A stretch of 64,000 nucleotides of DNA from Octopus sinensis (taxonomy: Eukaryota), in the NCBI RefSeq assembly GCF_006345805.1, contig NC_042998.1, positions 110,484,001 to 110,548,000 of the forward strand. The letters run 5' to 3'. How positions within the stretch are numbered: position 1 is the first letter of the stretch; each line of letters starts with the position of its first letter. Positions 56,150-64,000 of the stretch are shown here, one piece after another. Position numbers and translations under genes: made by a program. The notes below the pieces were generated by a model. That model had not been told where the DNA came from and searched no databases. It saw only the letters and a list, made by a program, of their open reading frames with translations.

Positions 56150-59066
56150 GGGGGAGAGAGAAAGAGAGAGAAAGAGAAGGAGAGAGAGAGAGAAATGCAT
56201 ACATACAAACATATATTTGTGCTTGTGATCATGTACATCAGTTTATTTGATCGCATGTGCAAAAATGTCGGTCGGTATGCACAAATACGATGGATTTTCA
56301 ATCATGTTATTAAAAAATAAAGAGCGTTCACCTCGTAAAATATAACGACGTACGTCTCAATATAGGCACAATCTGTCCAAGAGTCTTCCACAAGCTTTCG
56401 TTTTACCCAGTTTCTCTCATAAGTCATCGTCCCACCCAAGCCTTCAAAAAAATAAGCATCGCCTCTTCATACCACATAATGAGACCGAAAACATTACCCT
56501 ATAATGAAGAAAGAAATCATTATACAATTAACTATGCTTGCATTAAAATATACAAGAAATGAAGGAGATAGATTATTTTAAACACTCAAATATCTGAAAG
56601 TAATTGCCTTCTAATTATAGCTTATGTTACTAAAAGAAGGTAAGTCATTAAATGGCAATATTTAATCGTTAGATTTCAAACTGTTTATCCTCCCGTAAGT
56701 TTTTGCTTAATTGCTCAGTATTCGCAATGCTTTTTAGAACTAGTACTTCCACAGCAGGGATTAACAAATGGCATCAAATTTCGACACTATGATATTCATA
56801 AACTTCATATGATCAAGGTGGAATATTGTATATTACATTTATGGAATAATTTAATTGATATGCTTGATGGTTCATGAGGTACTGCGTAATTTTGCTCATA
56901 CACTTATTGCCAAATCGAACGTCAGATGATTTAATTTGGCAATTTGTCTGCTTGTAAGCGTTTATGCGTATACAGACACAGACACACACACACGTACACA
57001 CACACACGTACAGATACACACACATAAACACACATAGACACACATGCACGCACACACACACGTGTGCATGCACAATCTCATTTCTGAATGTGTATATGTG
57101 TATATATATTTATAAATATGTGTATATATATATATATATATATATGTATACATAAATACGTACACACACATATACATACACATATACAGACTCACACACA
57201 CAAACACGCATGCACGCATACTCACACATTCATATATATGCTATGTGATAATGTTGGCATTTCATGAGCGTGACACATGAAGTAAGCTGCGTGATTTAAT
57301 TATTTAATTACAAGATTCTGTGAATGGGTGATTAGAGAATTGATATAAGGATAAAGTATTCAGTTTTGTGTTGTTGATACTTTTTTCCCTACGGCGTTAA
57401 TGATGAAAGTCAGGTGAAATACCTATAACCGTGAACTGCAAGCGAGTATAACACTTTGCATGCTAGCTCTCGACTTCAGTTTACTTCAGAGTTGTAAATA
57501 CTTTCTATCCTTTGTTTAATCACTGAAATTGATGAATTCCTAGGAAAATGGCTTGAATTTCGAGACACTTTTATCACGATACATAATATATAACTGGTAT
57601 GGGACATTACAAAATGAATTAAAGGAACATATATTTTCTTTAGATTTTCGTTTCTTATAGTACCTATGGCATTTGATTTTCTATAGATTTTCATTTTTAA
57701 TAAATTTTCTTGACTTATAATTTTAATGTTTTGTAGATTCATTTCATAATTGTACCATGTCAAAATCAAATATATATGTAATATAAGAAATTTTAAGAAG
57801 ACGAAACAACATTAAATAATGAACCCGAGTGTAGATCAGAAAATGCTGATTCCGTTAAATAGACAGAATTATCAAAGCACAACCAAATATTTTCAGATAT
57901 TCTTATAAATAACGTATAGATGTAATCTACTTAGCATTTGCATATAGCCAACAAATAGAAACAACATTCCCGTGTTGCTTCATTCTTAATTCATATCGAT
58001 GAAAGTAAGAATACATATATGAAGTTCAGACGTATAATCGGCTGAAATAAAAATCCTAATGTTTGTTTTGATCTTGAGCAGATAGCGCAACGCGAGATGG
58101 AATAATATTCACGTTTATTGAATTTTCACGTTTACTGAATATCAAAGCAAATAAAAAATGGGATAACGAGTATAATGTCTATAAACGAAACATAATTTTG
58201 CAGTTTGCTGCAAGAATTTTGTGTTACAAATCCGCCATTGATTGACATTATATCCCTGTTAGTCCATATATGTATATATAGGTAGAGCATTTAGTAACGC
58301 TCTGATTTTTATAATACAGTTCGGTAACATGACTGCGACTGATATGAGACAAACAGTAAAAATATTTATAGTTCCTTAAGAGTAAAGCATATATTTATAA
58401 AAGGTAATAGAGCAAGATAATTAGATATCCCAACTCTTGACACCAATTTAACAACTCAGCATTCTTCTTTTATAGTGCTGGTGTTTGAAACATTTTCAAA
58501 TCTAGCGTAACTTCATAATACTATAGTATAATGGGCAAAACAGGTAGAGAGTCAAAGTAGAGTATGTTCTCAGTTCAAATTCAACTGAGGTTAACTATGC
58601 CCTTATCTTTCTGGAGGATGTCAAATACCAACTATTCAAGAATTATCATCAACTCAGGTGAATGTAAGTGCTGACACACAAATAGGTGTGTACAAATAAT
58701 ATATGTAGTTAAAATGATGCTCTGAAATAGAAACTCATACAATTGACGAATAAACTATAGTATAATATTATCATAGTAATGGTCAATGATATTTTCGTCC
58801 CACATGTTATTCCTAAGATTAAGAGCACCGATTACGATCTTTCTCAACGACAATGAAAACGATGATATGAGAAGTATGTGAGAAAATCATTCTCATAATG
58901 GAAACCTGGTCAAAATTATTGTAACAGCGTGTAACCCGCTAAAGATACGAAAGACACATCTGGGAGTGTATAATTGGAAAAGATTTCAAAACGTTCACTC
59001 TAGAATACTACAATCACTTCTATAGGAGGACATGTATTTGTGTATGTATGCATGTATATATGTATG

Positions 59067-59100
<34 letters not shown>

Positions 59101-59118
59101 TGTATGTATGTATGTATG

Positions 59119-59170
<52 letters not shown>

Positions 59171-60117
59171 GTTCTATCTATCTATCTATACACACAAAGA
59201 CACACATTCACACACAAAAATATATTCATATGCACGCGCGTGTGTGTCTGTATTGTCCCGTTATGAGTTTAGATACAAGAATATTTTTCCATCTGAATCA
59301 AGCAAAATGCTATAAAGAATTCGATAACTAAATCTGTACGTGGTGGCCCATCTAAAAATAATTCGCTTAATCTATGTTAAGTCATATCATCGCGTCTTAA
59401 AAACTTGAAGAACACATTAAATAACGTTGTCATAGATATGTCAGATTTGAAAATAAAATAGAGTAGCTGTATTCATCTACTACCCTTAAATGTTATATAT
59501 TCTTATAAGAATGTGGCCCAAACACTTTTTCTACTGTGTAACTATTCCAACGACCTCCCACGATGTGTAAATATTCCACATCAGAACTCCAAGCACGTTA
59601 GTGAGCGAACTGCTATTTGATCACCTACGAGGCAGAAATAGCCACCAATTCCCCCTTAAATTCCGTCCCACCTTTTTAAAAAGAGATGGCGTTTAAGACA
59701 GCATCGGAAACAAAAGCCAGAGGTATACTCCTTTAGAACTCACCTGGAATTAAACAGCTAAAGAATGAAATGATCCTCCTAAATACTTTTAGTTTGTCGT
59801 ATATAATTTCTTTACCCTTGGAAAACGTTTCGTATTGTTCTCCTTTTATGTATCTCACACAACCTGTATAGCTGCAAATTTTAGTATGACCACACTTTTA
59901 TTCTCAAACTTAACAAATCAACTTTGACTCTTAATCCACTTCTTGTATCACAATATTTCTATTTCCTATGAAAGATAAAGTAGAACTGGATGGATTTCTT
60001 TGACTCTACAATTACAAAGAAGGTGGTAGAGCATGAATTATTGAGCCTGTAACAATAATTCTGTGGAGTATTCGTTAGTGGAAAATAAAATAAACGAATA
60101 ATATAAATGGTGATGAT

Positions 60118-61925
60118 AGGCACAGCGTGGCTGTATGGTAAGAAGCTTGGTTCCACGCATGCGTTATCCAGCAGTTGTTGTGTGAATTTGTTGAGAGTCG
60201 GACGGTGTTTTTCGGGTTGCTTAGAAAATGTATTCAGACCTTAACGGTTCTGAGTTGTCTTTAGCAGAGGACGAGCTGGTAAAGGCGGTCATAAAGATGG
60301 ACGGAGTGTTGGAAAAGACAAGGAGTTTTGCTGAGGCCATGGAGATGAAGCGAAGGGAGTTGGCTTTAGCTGGTCTGAAGGAGTATGAGAAGATGGTACA
60401 GAAAGTGGGCGGCGACGTGAGGTTGCCTCCACCCAAAAGGAATTATGGAGTGAATGGAGAGAAAAACGATCACTTATAAGGTGTTCTCGTTAAAAGGGAA
60501 AAAAGGCCGAGCAGGTGGAAGCTGAAATGCAAAAGACGCTAAAGGAGCAGTCAAAGGAAATAACATAGATAACTAAAGGATGGAGATATGGGACAATGGT
60601 CGTCCGATTTACGACAATAGAGGATGCGAGGAGATGAAAGCAGAGGAGGTAGTGCTTCTGCCCACATACCTTGGAAGAAAATCTTTCAAGGTAATGGTCG
60701 AGCAATCCCACCTGATATAGATGTAGCTTGGTGGCAACGACTGTAATTGCTGGAAGCGATGTGAAGGTGGCTGTCCTTGAAGCCACAGAAACAGGGGGGG
60801 GGGAAGGGAACACACTAGAACTAATTATACAGGCGGAGGAGGGAACAACTGGAGAGTTTGACAGAGACGGTGACGTTGGGGAAAATTGTGCTGAGAGCGT
60901 GGGTAGAGGGCAGAGTACCACATTGTTTTAAATGTGGCCAAAGGGGCCACATTAGCGCATGCTGCTCTCTACAGAGGACAAAAGCAGAGGAAACAGTTGT
61001 GGAGACGGAAGAGAAAAGAGAGGAAGAAGACAGACGGAGGAAAGGAGAACAAGGAGGAAGAACGGAGAGTAACAGAGAGTAGAAGGAAGAAAACTGAGTG
61101 TGATGTGGTACCCTAGTCCAACTCCATCCTACTCAAAACCACTCTGAACCCCCCCCCCCCATACACACAACAAATCCACCCACCTCATTTCCCCACAGGA
61201 AAGAAGAAAAAAAAGCAGACACCTCAGAATTTAGAAGACCCCTTCCCCGATGGAAAAGGTTACGAGAGAGTGCAGTCATGGAGCGATAGCGGAACTGGAA
61301 CAGAGACTAAAAGGAACTTAGGACTCAGACACGTCGAGTGGTGTTGCACGGTGAGGGATGAGTAGCACACTCTTCAAATTTTCATTTTCAACTATTACGC
61401 ATGTTATCATAATTTTAATTTCTTTCTCATGTTCATTTTCATGTGTCATTCATAATATCATATTTTATTTTCATATATTTTTAATTGTTATATATCCCCA
61501 CGTGTTGTAGTGTCCCCTCTATGTAAAGCCTTCATGGAAAAATATTGAAATAAAGAAGCTTCCTTCCTAACCACATGGTTCTGGGATCAGTCCCACTTGG
61601 GCCGGTCTCTTTTGTAATAGCTTTGGGCCGAACAAAGCCTTGTGAGTGGAAAATGAAAGAGTATATATGTATATGTGTGTGTGTGTGTGTGTTTGTGTGT
61701 GTATGTGTGTGTGTGTTTGTATATATATATATATATATAGGGGGTTGCATTTCTTTCCCCACCATCACTTGACAGCTGGTCGGTGTGTTTACATCTCCGT
61801 AACTTATAGGTTCAGCAAAAGAGACTACTTACAAAGATTAAGCCCGAGGTTGATTTGTTCGACTAAAGGGGGGTGTTGCAGTATGGCCACAGTTAAATGA
61901 CTGAAACAAATAAAAGAATAAAATA
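60118..61925 (+). mobile_element. SINE family B copy split by the ORF1-only insertion (parts 60118-60154 and 61553-61925)
   Basis: gcgtggctgtatggt-aagaagcttggttcc | 1.4 kb | aagaagcttccttcc-taaccacatggttctggg, followed by the normal body. Confidence 0.88.
60155..61552 (+). mobile_element. ORF1(gag-like)-only retroelement 2 (1398 bp, HAL1-like), 15-bp TSD with 2 mismatches
   Basis: Disrupted ORF from 60228 to ~61100: acidic/basic helical N-terminus, LLPTYLGRKSFKVMV.AIPP and the zinc knuckle CFKCGQRGHISAC (60921-60960); no ORF2; AATAAA at the 3' junction. Confidence 0.82.
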
Positions 61926-61976
61926 ATAGTAATGGTAGTAATGAAGACGATGATGATGATGATGATGATAATATTA

Positions 61977-62039
<63 letters not shown>

Positions 62040-62074
62040 GTTGTTGTTGTTGTTGTTATTACTATTATTATCAT

Positions 62075-62740
62075 TCAGTAGTCTTATTTTTTAATCACGT
62101 TTTTTCTCTGGATTACCGAGTGCAGTTCTGTGTGCTTTGGTTATGTGCTGTGGTTTGCAATGATGCTCTTATTCTTACTGTATTGAAAGCGTTTTGCGTA
62201 GGATGTGTGCAGGCCCAGTAGTGCAATTTTCTTTATGTTATATATATTTGAAGTCCTGGTGTTTTTGTTATGTATTTGTCTGAATATTTTTTATCATATC
62301 TAATGCACTTACTATGATAGGAATTGTTACTGTCTTTAGATTCCACATTCGAGTTGCCTCTATCTCCAGGTCTTTGTATTTTGAAAGTTTCTCCATTTCT
62401 TTTACAGAAACGTTGTCATCTGCTGGTATTGATACATCAATTAAAAAGCATTTTTTTCTTCATTATCTCTCACAACTATATCTGGCCTATTGGCCTTAAT
62501 TTCTCTGTCTGTGTGTATTGGCATATACCAGAGTATGGTTGCTTTCTCGTTTTCTTTGACCATTTCTGGCGTGTGCCTATATTATGGTTTTTCTGTTGTT
62601 GTTCCATAGTGTTGGCATAGCCTCCAGTGCATGTAGGTCCAAACTCTGTTGTGTCTCTGAATATATTCCCTCTTATACAGGACTGGATAGTCAGAGATAA
62701 TATGATTTATTGTTTCTTGTCCATCTCCACATATTCTGCA

Positions 62741-62742
<2 letters not shown>
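62075..62742 (-). mobile_element. Dong/R4-clade LINE 3' fragment (subfamily 1, older)
   Basis: CRICGDGQETINHII..RHNRV, RLE region and 3' UTR; (ATT)n on both flanks. Confidence 0.9.
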
Positions 62743-62822
<80 letters not shown>

Positions 62823-62837
62823 TGTTGTTGTTGTAGT

Positions 62838-62975
62838 ATTCCGCCGTAGTCGACTTTGTTTTTCATCATTCTGAGGCCGATTAAATAAGTACCAGCAGGA
62901 TATTGGGTCGATGTAGTTAACTAACGCCCTCCTCTAAAAGCACTAGACTTGTGCCAAAACCTGAAATCAGCATTA
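62838..62975 (+). mobile_element. SINE family A fragment
   Basis: attccgccgtagtcgactttg..aaataagtacc..gggtcgatg. Confidence 0.7.
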
Positions 62976-64000
62976 TTTTTATTATCATTATTATATTATT
63001 AAAATAATATTCTAATCTAATGCTATAATGTAATATATAAAATTATATAAATTATAAAATAAAAAACAATTTATAGTTTTGCATATCAAATATTTTCTGT
63101 TTGTAATTGTCAAGATTACCAACAAAAAATGTATATATGATCTTAAACAAATGAATGCCATTGGAAGACAACAGACATACATTTTAATAGATAATTAAAG
63201 TAAAGATGTAGGTCATCAGTAAATTAAATAAATGCACGTGACATATGAAATCTTTAAAATAACGGTAATAACGATATTTCTATACAAAAATAAAATGTCA
63301 ATTGTTTTTTGCTGCAGAGAATCAAATCCTTGAGCAATTCCATCAATGTCGTATTCACATACATATAGACATATTCCCATACATGCATATACATATATAC
63401 AAGCATATTTGCATCACCAGCATGTGTGTGTATGCGTTTGTGTGTGTATATGTGAGTGTGTGTGAGTATATGTGTGTGTGTGTGTGTGTATAGAGAGGTT
63501 ATTGGGTAGGTAGATATTTATGTATATTGGGTGAAATGAGGTTCTGAAATCAAACAACTGCAATGGTACAGCGAACAAAATGTTAACTGTAGAAAAGTAG
63601 TCTATTACAAGTCGAGAGAATTAGGTCGGTTCTAATATATGAACGTTTCTAATATCTCAGTACTATTGTCATGCTCCGAAAGGTTTTTTAATGCAATCAC
63701 GACATATTTCTGCTAATAGTTTGGATACATCTGATTCCTTTCTCAACAGATGTGAAATGTCAACCATCTTCGCAGAAAAAAATAAAGAATATTTTCCTCA
63801 TTAATGTATTCACATATATATGCGTATGCATGCTCACATACTTACATGTATACATAAATATCTATCGACAATCAACTTGCCTACCTACCTATCTACCTAC
63901 CTGCATCATCCGCACACACACACACAACACACACACACACACACACTCACACACACACACACTCATACTCACACACACACTCACACACACTCACACTCAC

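Overview
AT-rich, microsatellite-dense eukaryotic DNA. The SINE, Dong/R4, Penelope and RTE repeat content points to a coleoid cephalopod, probably Octopus; this is inferred from pattern recognition, not from a database search. I cannot support any intact host protein-coding gene, and most ORF-track entries are translations of (TA)n/(CA)n/(TATG)n repeats. The first ~42 kb and last ~4 kb are a graveyard of mobile elements: a MULE transposase pseudogene, a CR1/L2-type LINE relic, several Dong/R4 LINE fragments sitting in (TAA)n tracts, a Penelope RT/GIY-YIG relic, an RTE zinc-finger tail, three or more tRNA-derived SINE families and four foldback/MITE-like palindromes. The most notable signal is two divergent ORF1(gag)-only retroelements (35249-37024 and 60155-61552). 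Each is bounded by a 15-16 bp target-site duplication, and both are inserted in the same orientation at the same nucleotide of the tRNA-like head of one SINE family, suggesting a SINE/tRNA-targeting non-autonomous (HAL1-like) Tx1/L1 system. A relic of a related ORF1+ORF2 element lies at 19-21 kb. Also present are type I hammerhead ribozyme motifs in two small repeat families, a 1.27-kb inversion that breaks two retroelements at once, and a perfect 712-bp tandem duplication. All translations and alignments were done by eye.
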